Positions 1 through 12,408 of a stretch of 64,000 nt of DNA are shown piece after piece. The DNA is from Octopus bimaculoides (lineage: Eukaryota): assembly GCF_001194135.2 (NCBI RefSeq), contig NC_068983.1:103013169-103077168 (forward strand). The letters run 5' to 3'. Within the stretch, counting starts at the first letter, position 1, and each line of letters starts with the position of its first letter. The translations under genes were made by a program, and so were the position numbers. The notes under the pieces were generated by a model, which was given only the letters and a program-made list of their open reading frames with translations, was not told where the DNA came from and searched no databases.

Positions 1-792
1 GTATATGCTGAAAGTCTTTTAAAGTGTGGTCTTTGTCTTGAGAAAGCATCTCTTACAGACATAGTGTTAGATACACAGAAAAATAACAGCAGCAGGCAAA
101 GGTTGCCCAGCATCAGTGGTAGAATTGCTGGAATCAGTTTTCTGCTGCTATTTTTCTGTTTTTAACATTAAACATCTATAAGAGAGGTTTTTTCAAGATG
201 ACTACCACACTTTAAAAGGCCTTCAATATATACAAATTTTAAGTATGTATACAGATTGCAAATTTTGAATTAATACTGCTTCCATCGCTAATAATGAATG
301 ACTATCAAGCACATTATCTGACCAGTCACAAAGCCTTTATAAAAGTCGTGGGTATAGCACTCCCCTTCTGAATAAACCATGTTTTAACAGTTCTTATCAT
401 TCCAAACCCCTCATGTGAGTGAAAAGATAAAATCTCAACACAAAAATGAGAAACTGTAAAATACCCAGCACCTCATTAAGTCAATGTTTATGTTTGTGTG
501 TAAGTGTGCATGTGTAGAACTATTTCAGCTGGCTTAACACATCAAAAACAACATTATCATATCAGTTGTTCGCCGTCCCATATTTCCTTTCCTTATGGTT
601 AGGCAATTAATATTAAAAAAAAAACAAAAAAAACCCAGAAAATTAGATAGTTTACTTATGATAATTGCGACACTGTAATTAATTTTGAAACATAATTGCT
701 TCAAGCAAACATCTTGAATTAAAATAGTGTGTATAGAAAAGACTTCATATAACAGGTTATGAGTTTAATATTACATGTGTTTTATACATATA

Positions 793-1626
793 CTGGGTCA
801 TCCCATAAATAATGCAGTTTTTTCAATTGCATGAAGTAAAAGTTGGAGGAGTAAGCGATAAACTACCTGCATCAACTTGCTATAAAAGCAGGTAATTTTA
901 CCTTGTATGTATTCTTAGTGTGAGTTTTGAAGAGTGCAATTTGATTTTAACAGTTAGTTTTTCAAAGCTATAATGGAAGTGACAAAGGAGCATATTCAGC
1001 ATATTTTGCTTTATGATTTCAATAAAGGCAACAAAGCGACAGAAAGTGTGAGGAATATTAATGCAGTATACGGGGATCAGACAATAAGTGTAAGCCAGCT
1101 TCAACAGTGGTTCCAGAAATTCTGAGCTGGAAACTACAGCCTAGAAGATGAGCCTCATCCTGGAAGATTTGTAGAGCTCAACAAGGACATCCTGCAAACC
1201 CTGGTGGACAAAAATCCCATAGTAATTGTTGAGGAACTAACAGAGAAGCTTGAATTTAGTCATTCAACCATTCATTGACACCTGTGTGCGTGCTGTCGGA
1301 AAAGTCAGCAAATTGGGTCAATGGGTTCCTCACAAACTTTCCGAGTCTAATCATGCGCAGAGAGTGAATGTGTGCTCTTCTTTGCTGTCACATCTCATGA
1401 ATGAACCTTTTTTGGACTGAATAGTGACTGGTGACAAGAAATAGGTTCTCTATAAAAATGTCAAGCAATGTAGGGAAAGGAGAAACACTGATTCCCCAGG
1501 CTAAAGAAGGTTTTCATCCACATAAGGTGTTGTTATCTGTTTGGTTGGATATGAAAGGTTTAATCCATTTTGAACTTTTAAACCCATAATTAAACAATAA
1601 CAAAGGAGAACTACTGTGAGCAGCTT
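793..1626 (+). mobile_element. Mariner-family DNA transposon, 5' part, with pseudogenised transposase (ATG 973); 3' part lost in the N gap
   Basis: Begins after TA (791-792). Translation from 973 reads MEVTKEHIQHILLYDFNKGNKATESVRNINAVYG...LEDEPHPGR...GQWVPHKL...IVTGDKK, matching the mariner HTH, WVPHEL and first catalytic D motifs. Several in-frame stops and frameshifts. Confidence 0.9.
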
Positions 1627-2073
1627 NNNNNNNNNNNNNNNNNNNNNNNNNNNNNNNNNNNNNNNNNNNNNNNNNNNNNNNNNNNNNNNNNNNNNNNNNN
1701 NNNNNNNNNNNNNNNNNNNNNNNNNNNNNNNNNNNNNNNNNNNNNNNNNNNNNNNNNNNNNNNNNNNNNNNNNNNNNNNNNNNNNNNNNNNNNNNNNNNN
1801 NNNNNNNNNNNNNNNNNNNNNNNNNNNNNNNNNNNNNNNNNNNNNNNNNNNNNNNNNNNNNNNNNNNNNNNNNNNNNNNNNNNNNNNNNNNNNNNNNNNN
1901 NNNNNNNNNNNNNNNNNNNNNNNNNNNNNNNNNNNNNNNNNNNNNNNNNNNNNNNNNNGGAGAGTATATTTTAGATTAAAAAATTAATAACTTTGGTTAT
2001 ATTTATTTTGAAAAATAAAAGTATAAAAAAACTGCATTATTTATGGGATGACCATCTCTCTCTCTCTCTCTCT

Positions 2074-2126
<53 letters not shown>

Positions 2127-2652
2127 TATATATGTATACACACACACACATACATATACATATATCCATACAATATATATCAGATAAATATTTCAGATGT
2201 ACTGATAATAAAGTGAAACATAAATGGAAATGTGGAGAAGTTTTAACACACTACATATTTTTGGTATAGTGGAATTTTAAAAACTACAATATGTATGTGT
2301 ACACGCACACACATATATACATATAAAAACTCAATTTATATCATTAAATTTATTCAATTTACTAACTGTTAACTAATATGAATGAGGAAATTATCAAAAA
2401 TCATATAATAAGTAAATGATGTCCAATTAAACATGAAAATAGGTGTATGAATTGTACAGTAATCATATAAATACTAGATGTCAACACCTGTGGAATCTCA
2501 TGTAAATAATGTCTGGGAATCAACAAAGAACAATCACAAGACAAATGAGATATCAATATGAAATTACTAACAAAATCTTAAACTAAATGATTGATACACA
2601 GTTTCCAAACCTAACTGTCTAAAACTACTTCGCCATAAAATAAAACTACATA

Positions 2653-4392
2653 CAGTGTGTGTGTGTGTGGGGGGGGGATAAATATTCATACATGTCAAAA
2701 TTCTTTATTTATTTAATTTCTAATGAACATAAATGGGTTATACCAATACTATATTTGCATACACAAGCATAAACTAAGAATATGCAAAAAAAACTAATAA
2801 ATTATAGTAACTAATGAATTTATATACAATTATAAATATTTAGAGGTGAAAAAAGGTATTCATACAGAACATAAATAACTGACAATTCTGATTTAATACT
2901 TCGTAGCATAACCATTATTCAGTTCCACTTCAACCAATCTCTTCTTGTAGTTCTTAATCAATGACTCGCATGTTTCTTTAGGAATTTTTGCCCATTCTTC
3001 TTGACAATTTTTTTTCAAATCTGGAATGCACGTTGGGGCTCTTGAATGAATCTTAATTTTCAAATAACACAAATTTTCAATGGGGTCCAAGTCAGGTGAC
3101 TGGCATGGCCATTCTAATAATTTTATATTGTGGTTGACAATCCATTTTATGGTAGATTTCACCGTGTGCTTAAGGTCGTTATCCTGTTGTAAAACCCACT
3201 CTTCACAAAGCTGGGGCTTTTCTACAGAATCCCATAAATTATTGTTCAAAATATTTTGGTACATCTCTGCATTCATTCTACCATCTATTACATGTAAATT
3301 GCCAGTGTCATTTGCAGAGAAACACCCCGACACCATGATGTTGCCACCTCCAAACTTTACAGTAGGAATTGAGTTTTTCGGCAAATAGGCGGTACCATCT
3401 TTCCTCCAAAGATAGCTGCATGAATTTCGTCCAAACAATTCAATTTTTGACTCGTCTGTCCAAAGAACATTTTCCCAGAATGTATCAGATTTATCTTTAT
3501 GTTCATANNNNNNNNNNNNNNNNNNNNNNNNNNNNNNNNNNNNNNNNNNNNNNNNNNNNNNNNNNNNNNNNNNNNNNNNNNNNNNNNNNNNNNNNNNNNN
3601 NNNNNNNNNNNNNNNNNNNNNNNNNNNNNNNNNNNNNNNNNNNNNNNNNNNNNNNNNNNNNNNNNNNNNNNNNNNNNNNNNNNNNNNNNNNNNNNNNNNN
3701 NNNNNNNNNNNNNNNNNNNNNNNNNNNNNNNNNNNNNNNNNNNNNNNNNNNNNNNNNNNNNNNNNNNNNNNNNNNNNNNNNNNNNNNNNNNNNNNNNNNN
3801 NNNNNNNNNNNNNNNNNNNNNNNNNNNNNNNNNNNNNNNNNNNNNNNNNNNNNNNNNNNNNNNNNNNNNNNNNNNNNNNNNNNNNNNNNNNNNNNNNNNN
3901 NNNNNNNNNNNNNNNNNNNNNNNNNNNNNNNNNNNNNNNNNNNNNNNNNNNNNNNNNNNNNNNNNNNNNNNNNNNNNNNNNNNNNNNNNNNNNNNNNNNN
4001 NNNNNNNNNNNNNNNNNNNNNNNNNNNNNNNNNNNNNNNNNNNNNNNNNNNNNNNNNNNNNNNNNNNNNNNNNNNNNNNNNNNNNNNNNNNNNNNNNNNN
4101 NNNNNNNNNNNNNNNNNNNNNNNNNNNNNNNNNNNNNNNNNNNNNNNNNNNNNNNNNNNNNNNNNNNNNNNNNNNNNNNNNNNNNNNNNNNNNNNNNNNT
4201 TTTTCACCCCTAAATATTTATAATTGTATATAAATTCATTAGTTACTATGATTTATTAGTTTCTTTTGCATATTCTTAGTTTATGCATGTGTATGCAAAT
4301 ATAGTATTGGTATATCCCATTTATGTTCATTAGAAATTAAATAAATAAAGAATTTTGACATGTACGAATATTTATTTCCCCCCCCCCCACTG
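2653..4392 (-). mobile_element. Tc1-family DNA transposon with long (about 200-250 bp) terminal inverted repeats, TA-flanked
   Basis: TA|CAGTG at 2651-2657 and CACTG|TA at 4388-4394. Segment 2653-~2850 is the reverse complement of 4200-4392. Encloses a Tc1 transposase ORF. Confidence 0.93.
2893..3507 (-). pseudogene. Tc1 transposase, C-terminal DD34E catalytic domain (N-terminus hidden in the gap)
   Basis: Open frame FWENVLWTDESKIELFG...PTVKFGGGNIMVSGCF...QQDNDLKH...WPCQSPDLDPIENL...GYATKY*. 34 residues separate the second D and the E. Conserved W residues are altered (IMVSGCF, IENLCY), suggesting decay. Confidence 0.85.
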
Positions 4393-4398
4393 TATATA

Positions 4399-4804
4399 CG
4401 TGGAGACGTGGCTGTGTGGTAAGAAGCTTGCTTCCCAACCACATGGTTCCAAGTTCAGTCTGACTGCATGACATCTTGTGCACACATCTACAATAGCCTT
4501 GGGCCAACCAAAGCCATACAAGTGGATTTGGCAGAAAGAAGCCCCGACCAAAGCCTTGTGAGTGGATTTGGTAGACGGAAACTGAAAAGAAGCCCATTGT
4601 ATACATATATATATATGTATTGTATATACATGTATATATCTATGTGTGTGTGTCTTTGTGTCTGTGTTTATCCCCCCCACCACTGCTTGGCAACCGGTGT
4701 TGGTGTGTTTATGTCCCTGCAACTTAGTGGTTTCGGTAAAAGTGAGCAATAGAATAAGTACTAGGCTTAAAAATCCACAGTCAAATGGCTGAAAAAGATA
4801 AAAG
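4399..4804 (+). mobile_element. tRNA-derived SINE, family A (microsatellite-containing)
   Basis: Head gtggctgtgtggtaagaagcttgcttcccaaccacatggttc; body ggaaactgaaaagaagccc; internal (TA/TG)n; internally deleted tail ending aaagataaaag. Repeats many times in the window. Confidence 0.85.
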
Positions 4805-5203
4805 ATCACCCTTGGCTAGTACAAAAACTCATAGGCAACTGATCAGAGTGAATGCCTGACACAAATTCTTGCAACCGACTCACATAAATAGTTCCCTCCA
4901 CTTTGTTAAATCTGGCAAGTTGTTAGGAAGAATAAGTAACATCAAACTTCTTAAAAGATTTTCAAGTTATGTTTTTAATTAGGCACACAAACACACGACA
5001 GATTTTTAATATAAATAATATTTTAGACGTCATAAGCATCAACCAGTGCTTGTAATATCATCCAGCATCACGAATACACACATGCACAGTATATAAACAT
5101 ACATATATACACATTTGAAGCTGATGTTTACAGTCTTCACTACATCACTATGTGAGTTCTTTTGCTTTATTTGTATACCCAGACACACATACATATATAT
5201 ATT

Positions 5204-5234
<31 letters not shown>

Positions 5235-5240
5235 ATATAT

Positions 5241-5452
5241 TCTTTTACTCTTTTACTTGTTTCAGTCATTTGACTGCGGCCATGCTGGAGCACCGCCTTT
5301 AGTCGAGCAAATTGACCCCCAGGACTAATTCTTTGTGAGCCTAGTACTTATTCTATCAGTCTCTTTTTGCCGAACCACTAAGTTACAGGGATGTAAACAC
5401 ACCAGCATCGGTTGTCAAGCGATGTTGGGGGGACAAACACAGACACACAAAG

Positions 5453-5485
<33 letters not shown>

Positions 5486-6477
5486 CATACATATATATAT
5501 ANNNNNNNNNNNNNNNNNNNNNNNNNNNNNNNNNNNNNNNNNNNNNNNNNNNNNNNNNNNNNNNNNNNNNNNNNNNNNNNNNNNNNNNNNNNNNNNNNNN
5601 NNNNNNNNNNNNNNNNNNNNNNNNNNNNNNNNNNNNNNNNNNNNNNNNNNNNNNNNNNNNNNNNNNNNNNNNNNNNNNNNNNNNNNNNNNNNNNNNNNNN
5701 NNNNNNNNNNNNNNNNNNNNNNNNNNNNNNNNNNNNNNNNNNNNNNNNNNNNNNNNNNNNNNNNNNNNNNNNNNNNNNNNNNNNNNNNNNNNNNNNNNNN
5801 NNNNNNNNNNNNNNNNNNNNNNNNNNNNNNNNNNNNNNNNNNNNNNNNNNNNNNNNNNNNNNNNNNNNNNNNNNNNNNNNNNNNNNNNNNNNNNNNNNNN
5901 NNNNNNNNNNNNNNNNNNNNNNNNNNNNNNNNNNNNNNNNNNNNNNNNNNNNNNNNNNNNNNNNNNNNNNNNNNNNNNNNNNNNNNNNNNNNNNNNNNNN
6001 NNNNNNNNNNNNNNNNNNNNNNNNNNNNNNNNNNNNNNNNNNNNNNNNNNNNNNNNNNNNNNNNNNNNNNNNNNNNNNNNNNNNNNNNNNNNNNNNNNNN
6101 NNNNNNNNNNNNNNNNNNNNNNNNNNNNNNNNNNNNNNNNNNNNNNNNNNNNNNNNNNNNNNNNNGAGCCTAGTACTTATTCTATCAGTCTCTTTTTGCC
6201 GAACCACTAAGTTACAGGGATGTAAACACACCAGCATCGGTTGTCAAGCGATGTTGGGGGGACAAACACAGACACACAAACATATACACACACATACATA
6301 TATATATATGTATATACATATATATGACGGGCTTCTTTCAGTTTCCATCTACCAAATCCACTTACAAGGCTTTGGACGGCCCGAGACTATAGCAGAAGAC
6401 ACTTGCCCAAGGTGCCATGCAGTGGGACTGAACCCAGAACTATGTGATTGGTGAGCAAGCTACTTACCACTCCTACG
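5241..6477 (-). mobile_element. SINE family A spanning an N gap (part of it is represented twice)
   Basis: Tail ttttactcttttacttgtttcagtcatttgactgcggccatgctggagcacc at 5243; head ends cttaccactcctacg at 6477. Confidence 0.85.
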
Positions 6478-7720
6478 TTTATGTGTGTGTGTATATGTCT
6501 ATATATACACACACACATGCAACACAAACACATATATACACAGACATCTCAAAAGTAAACAGACACCCCACCATTACACAATTCAGTCTGTGAATAGTAG
6601 TAGTAGTAGTTGCATGGGGGGATATGGGGCATGTGCTGTAACAGCATGTCACTGCATCCATCATTTGTTGGTGATCCCCCAACTCCTAGCAGATGACCCA
6701 TCTGCACCATTCAGGGGGACGACCCTTCATCCCATGGGTCTGTTTTTGGTAACTCAGTGTTGATGAGGGATTTTATGAGGTCAGAGTGCAAATCTTACCT
6801 CAATCTCATTTAGTTGCCTTTTTACGACACAGGAAATGTTGCATCTATTCTTTGGCATACTGGTCCACACACACACAGCACTAGAGCAATGTGAAATGAA
6901 GTGTTTTGCTCAAGAATACAACACACCACCTGGTCTGAGAATCGAATCGGCAATCTGATGTTGAAATCACGATTGCCAGATCATAGGTTTAATTCCCAAC
7001 TGGACAGTATGTTGCGCTCTTCAGCAAAACACTTCATATCAAATTGCGTTAGTGCTGTGTGGAGACTGGCATGCCAAAGAAATATCTGTGAAGATACTGC
7101 TTAATTAGCACAGTGCCTAAATCAGTCATGTCATTAAAAAAATGTTCAAGGAGGTCTACTAAATACTACACTAAGTATTTAAATGCATCAAATAACATTA
7201 CTTTGTTTCTAAAAATAATATACACACACAAATGTACATGCATACACACACACACACACACACAAATGTACATGTATACACACACACACATTCTCTCCCT
7301 GTTTATTTTCTATTCCTTTCTGTTGAAGAGCGTAGGCTCAAAACGTAAAAGACTTTTTCATTTTTCCTGAGCATCAAACTAATACACTTGCTTGTTGTTC
7401 ATACACCTGTCTTTGTCTTTTGTTTTTATATAAATTTCAACTATATATATATATATATATATATATATGAATAAAACAAATTCAATTTTAAGAATGACCA
7501 TTGCTTGTTAGTGAGCTGTAAACCAATATCTATAAAATGATTGGCAAACACGTGTTTCTTCAGATGGTGAAAATTTATTAGCTTGTTTTGGTTCATGTAC
7601 TATTATGTTGCTAACAAGCCCAGCCTTAGAAAGACAACATTTGAAAGAAATGTTACTATTCATAGGAGTTCCTTTCCTTAAAATTTATTTTAATTTCAAA
7701 TGTTTAATGGATACACTCTC

Positions 7721-7945
7721 TACTCTTTTACTCCTTTATTTGTTTCAGTCATTTGACTGCGGCCATGCTGGAGCACCGCCTTTAGTTGAGCAAAACGACC
7801 CCGGGACTTATTCTTTGTAAGCCTAGTACTTATTCTATCGGTCTCCTTTGTCGAACCGCTAAGTGACGGGGACGTAAACACACCAGCATCGGTTGTCAAG
7901 CAATGCTAGGGGGACAAACACAGACACACAAACACACACACACAA

Positions 7946-8000
<55 letters not shown>

Positions 8001-8163
8001 TACGACGAGCTTCTTTCAGTTTCCGTCAACCAAATCCACTCACAAGGCTTTGGTCGGCCCAAGGCTATAGTAGAAGACACTTGCCCAAGGTGCCATACAG
8101 TGGGACTGAACCCGGAACCATGTGGTTGGTAAGCAAGCTACTTACCACACAGCCACTCCTGCG
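7721..8163 (-). mobile_element. SINE family A, full-length, young-looking copy
   Basis: Complete tail-to-head sequence retaining many CpGs (gtcgaaccgc, gacggggacgt, ggtcggccc). Pol III B-box-like gggttcagtccc on the minus strand. Confidence 0.9.
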
Positions 8164-8199
8164 ACTCTGTATATTTTTTCTTTATGATGCACAGTATAA

Positions 8200-8360
8200 G
8201 TTCTCAATATTCTCCATGAATACTAGTTTTCTTTCAATCTGATTTAAAGCAGCCCTGAACTTCATTTTCCTCCCAGAAATTAGCTCTCCATAGAGTAGAA
8301 ACTTTGGAATTTCTATCATCTTCCACATTAACTGCATGGACAACTCAATTCAGCCTGGTA
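8200..8360 (-). mobile_element. RTE-clade LINE 3' ORF fragment
   Basis: Minus strand gives ...IPKFLLYGELISGRK..., resembling the RTE C-terminal 'PKQLLYGEL..G.R' motif. Confidence 0.55.
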
Positions 8361-8407
8361 TGCTGTAGATACATACTCTTACCTGTATGTATGTATACAT
8401 ACATACA

Positions 8408-8613
8408 TTTTATTCTTTTACTTGTTTCAGTCATTTGACTGTGGCTATGCTGGAGCACCGCTTTTAGTCAAACAAATCAACCCCAGGACTTATTCTTTGT
8501 AAGAGTAGTACTTATTCTTTCGGTCTCTTTTGCCAAACCACCAAGTTATGGAGACATAACCACACCAACATCAGTTGTCAAGCAATGGTGTAGGGACAAA
8601 CTCAGATACACAA

Positions 8614-8645
<32 letters not shown>

Positions 8646-9209
8646 NNNNNNNNNNNNNNNNNNNNNNNNNNNNNNNNNNNNNNNNNNNNNNNNNNNNNNN
8701 NNNNNNNNNNNNNNNNNNNNNNNNNNNNNNNNNNNNNNNNNNNNNNNNNNNNNNNNNNNNNNNNNNNNNNNNNNNNNNNNNNNNNNNNNNNNNNNNNNNN
8801 NNNNNNNNNNNNNNNNNNNNNNNNNNNNNNNNNNNNNNNNNNNNNNNNNNNNNNNNNNNNNNNNNNNNNNNNNNNNNNNNNNNNNNNNNNNNNNNNNNNN
8901 NNNNNNNNNNNNNNNNNNNNNNNNNNNNNNNNNNNNNNNNNNNNNNNNNNNNNNNNNNNNNNNNNNNNNNNNNNNNNNNNNNNNNNNNNNNNNNNNNNNN
9001 NNNNNNNNNNNNNNNNNNNNNNNNNNNNNNNNNNNNNNNNNNNNNNNNNNNNNNNNNNNNNNNNNNNNNNNNNNNNNNNNNNNNNNNNNNNNNNNNNNNN
9101 NNNNNNNNNNNNNNNNNNNNNNNNNNNNNNNNTTATTACATTAAAGGCTGTTACTATCTATAAGTAAAGCTATATGTTGAAAATGGATGCTAAAATCAGC
9201 CGTTAATGT

Positions 9210-9254
<45 letters not shown>

Positions 9255-9391
9255 CACACGATGGGTTTCTTTCAGTTTCCATCTACCAAATCCACTCACA
9301 AGACTCTGGTCGGCCTGAAACTACAGTAGAAGATGCTTGCCCAAGATGCCATGCAGTGGGACTGAACCTGGAACTATGTGGTTGGGAAGCC
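8408..9391 (-). mobile_element. SINE family A spanning an N gap
   Basis: Same tail, body and head segments as 7721-8163; more CpG-decayed. Confidence 0.85.
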
Positions 9392-9402
9392 TGACTATGA
9401 AT

Positions 9403-9560
9403 TCTCATTTGTACCTATCATCATAGGTGCATTAGGTTATATGCCAATAGATTTGCACAAGAACATAAAAATATTCGGTTTCATGGAGAAAGTGCAATAG
9501 AAACTGATGCGGATTCTCTAAATCCAATCTATTAGCAGTAAGTCATTCCAAAAATTCTCC
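9403..9560 (+). mobile_element. Decayed 3' fragment of an R4/Dong-type (REL endonuclease) non-LTR retrotransposon
   Basis: Translates FVPIIIGALGYMPIDLHKNIK..., similar to the IPIIVGAIG segment of the element at 63728-64000. Contains stops. Confidence 0.55.
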
Positions 9561-9962
9561 ATTTGAGATTCTTATAGGAACAGAGGCACACACACTTCTG
9601 TGTATGTATCAACATTTCAACGAACACATCAACTCAACCACATATGTACAAATACCAGGAACTCTCTTAACTCAAAATGCTTTGTTGCTTTGTTAGCAAC
9701 TGGCTTGAACTCTCTCAAGAAGGACTTAAATAATACATAGATATATAAGTATGTGTGTAAGTATTATACAAATGTATGCTTTGTGCTTATGAATAGGTAA
9801 GAACGAATATATTTTAGCAATGAAATTTGAGTTTTTTTTAACATTTCTTTTTCAATGTAAGATTCTAGCACCAAGCTTTTTTACACATAATAAAAGAGAG
9901 TTGATATCATATCTGGAATATAGTAAATGTATTGCATATATAATGAGGTTATTTATTTAAAT

Positions 9963-10008
<46 letters not shown>

Positions 10009-10176
10009 GAATAAAAGGAAAATGATAATTATTCAAGCTGCAATTAAAAGATTATAGGTTAGTTAATTGCAATAATACTAACAGATGTGTCAACACTGAC
10101 TGCAGAAATTGTTCACAAGACCCATGTAAATAAAAAGCAAAAATAAGTTTGAAGAGTATCTCAACTGAAGAGAGCA

Positions 10177-10253
<77 letters not shown>

Positions 10254-11002
10254 CTATGACAATAACAACAAAAAAAACATCGATAAACTTGACCAGAGTG
10301 AAATAAAAATAGCATTCCAACCATTGAAGCCACACAGATTAATTACAATTAAGGGTCGTACTTTGTTTATTATTATTTTCCAGTAAGAGAATAGTTAACA
10401 GATTAGATGTAGTTCCATGGGAGACAGACTGGTTGGTGTTAAACAGAAACATGTGACATGCAGCTCAGTGAAGGGAAAAGGAAATTGTACTCACACATGT
10501 GTGCCTGTACATATACACACACGTGTGTGTAAATACTTGTATGTATTCACGTTTATACATTTGCTTATATGTGTGCATGTGTATACATTTATGTCTACAC
10601 ATTTATACACTATATGTATGTTTATACATTACAATATATTTATGCATGTTTAAACATTTACATGTATATATGCATGCTTATACAATTCATATATATATGT
10701 TGAAGCAGATCTTCTACAGCTGACTGCCTTTCCAGTCACCAACCTTCATCTGCTTACTTTGTTTAGAAGCAAGTAAGGGCAGCAAGAAGACAATTTGGCT
10801 GTAGAGAATTTACCTCAACAAATTTTGTCTGAACCATGCAAGCATGGAAAATTAGACGTTAAATGATGATGATGTATGCATGCTTATACAATTACATAAA
10901 CATATGTTTATACATAGATATATACATATATGATTGCATGCTTATGTGTGTATGCGAGTGTATTTGTATGTATGTGTGTGTGCATATATATGTGTGTATG
11001 TA

Positions 11003-11052
<50 letters not shown>

Positions 11053-11134
11053 TGAAGGCATGTTTTAATTTATATACACGTATATGTATATATAAATTAA
11101 AAGATGTATATTATTTGTGTAAATATATGGTCTA

Positions 11135-11295
11135 GTTGCACTCATGATTACCAGATTGTAATTTTGATTCTCAGATCGATTGCAGGTTGTGTTCTTGAGC
11201 AAAACACTTTATTTCACATTACTTCATTTCACATTGCTCCAGTCCACTCAGCTATAAATGAGTAACCCTGCAACAGACTAGCCTTCCAATCAGAC
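11135..11295 (+). mobile_element. tRNA-derived SINE, family D fragment
   Basis: gttgtgttcttgagcaaaacactttatttcac...gctccagtccactcagctataaatgag; shared with 18100, 26515, 28725 and 57385. Confidence 0.7.
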
Positions 11296-11921
11296 ATCTT
11301 CTAAGCATCATTAGCAGTTTCATCTGAATAATTAATATATATTTGAATAACTTAAAATAAGAAATTTCACTGATAATATGTATTTGGGTGCAAGCATGGA
11401 CATATGGTTAAGAAGTCCACTTGTAAATCCTACTGCACTGCACTTTGGAGCAAGTGGCTTCAACCATAGCCTCAAGTCAACCAAAGTAATGTTAGTGAAA
11501 TTTAGTAGGTAGAAACAGTAGAAATCCACCCGAAAGGCCATTCTTGGAATTGGATGGTAGACTCAGTCTACTCTCTAGTTTAAGATAAACACCTAACCCT
11601 TAGTTGCCTTTAGTAGAGTCTGCACTGCTGCTAATATTTGGGTCAAATCTGCAGTTTGAGGGTAACATCCTCCTGTCATCCTATCAGTATTCGAGACCCT
11701 GATAGAATGTCAAGGGTGCTGACCATTCTCCTTTTACTATCTAAAGTAACTATGAGAGATAGAAATATAAATACTAATGACTTCTAAGAATTACATTACA
11801 GAAGTAAAGACACTGGTTCAATCATTTATTTTGCTTTGGTCATTGGAACACAGCCATATTGGGGCACCTCCTTGAAGAATTTAGTCAAACAAATCAACCC
11901 CAGTACTTATTTTAAAATTAT

Positions 11922-11956
<35 letters not shown>

Positions 11957-12098
11957 NNNNNNNNNNNNNNNNNNNNNNNNNNNNNNNNNNNNNNNNNNNN
12001 NNNNNNNNNNNNNNNNNNNNNNNNNNNNNNNNNNNNNNNNNNNNNNNNNNNNNNNNNNNNNNNNNNNNNNNNNNNNNNNNNNNNNNNNNNNNNNNNNN

Positions 12099-12408
12099 AT
12101 AGAAGTCAATTTCATGTTGCCTATAAATGTTTCAATTCCTAACTTCATTCATATTTTCATTCATGAATTTAAAAGGTAAAAGTCTCTTTAGGGCAAAAAT
12201 TGACATAAATTCATTTACATTCTAAAAAGATGGAGAGTTCCTTACAGTCTGTAAGGAACTCTCCATCTTTTTAGGATGTAAATGAATTTATGTCAATTTT
12301 TGCCCTGAAGAGACTTTTATCTTTTAAATTCAAAATGCAATTTAATTGTAAAATATGAATGAAGTTAGGAATGGAAACATGCGTGGGCGACATGAAATTG
12401 ACTTCTAT
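12099..12408. repeat. Long imperfect palindrome (foldback, arms about 150 bp, 1-nt spacer at 12248)
   Basis: 12099-12247 is the reverse complement of 12249-12408 (centre ...gttccttacag t ctgtaaggaac...), with a few substitutions and one indel of about 11 bp. Confidence 0.92.

Noticed and set aside
5337-6280. About 110 bp identical on both sides of the 5502-6167 gap, looking like a tandem SINE duplication
   Set aside because: It shares all private substitutions and flanks a gap, so an unmerged contig or haplotype overlap is more likely than biology.
4399-8163. tRNA-like A/B boxes in SINE heads as tRNA genes
   Set aside because: No cloverleaf or anticodon arm, and they continue into multi-copy SINE bodies.
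10052-11135. Low-complexity ORFs (YIYI, CVCV, HTHT; also poly-I at 33134 and poly-S at 17493)
   Set aside because: Translations of di- and trinucleotide microsatellites.
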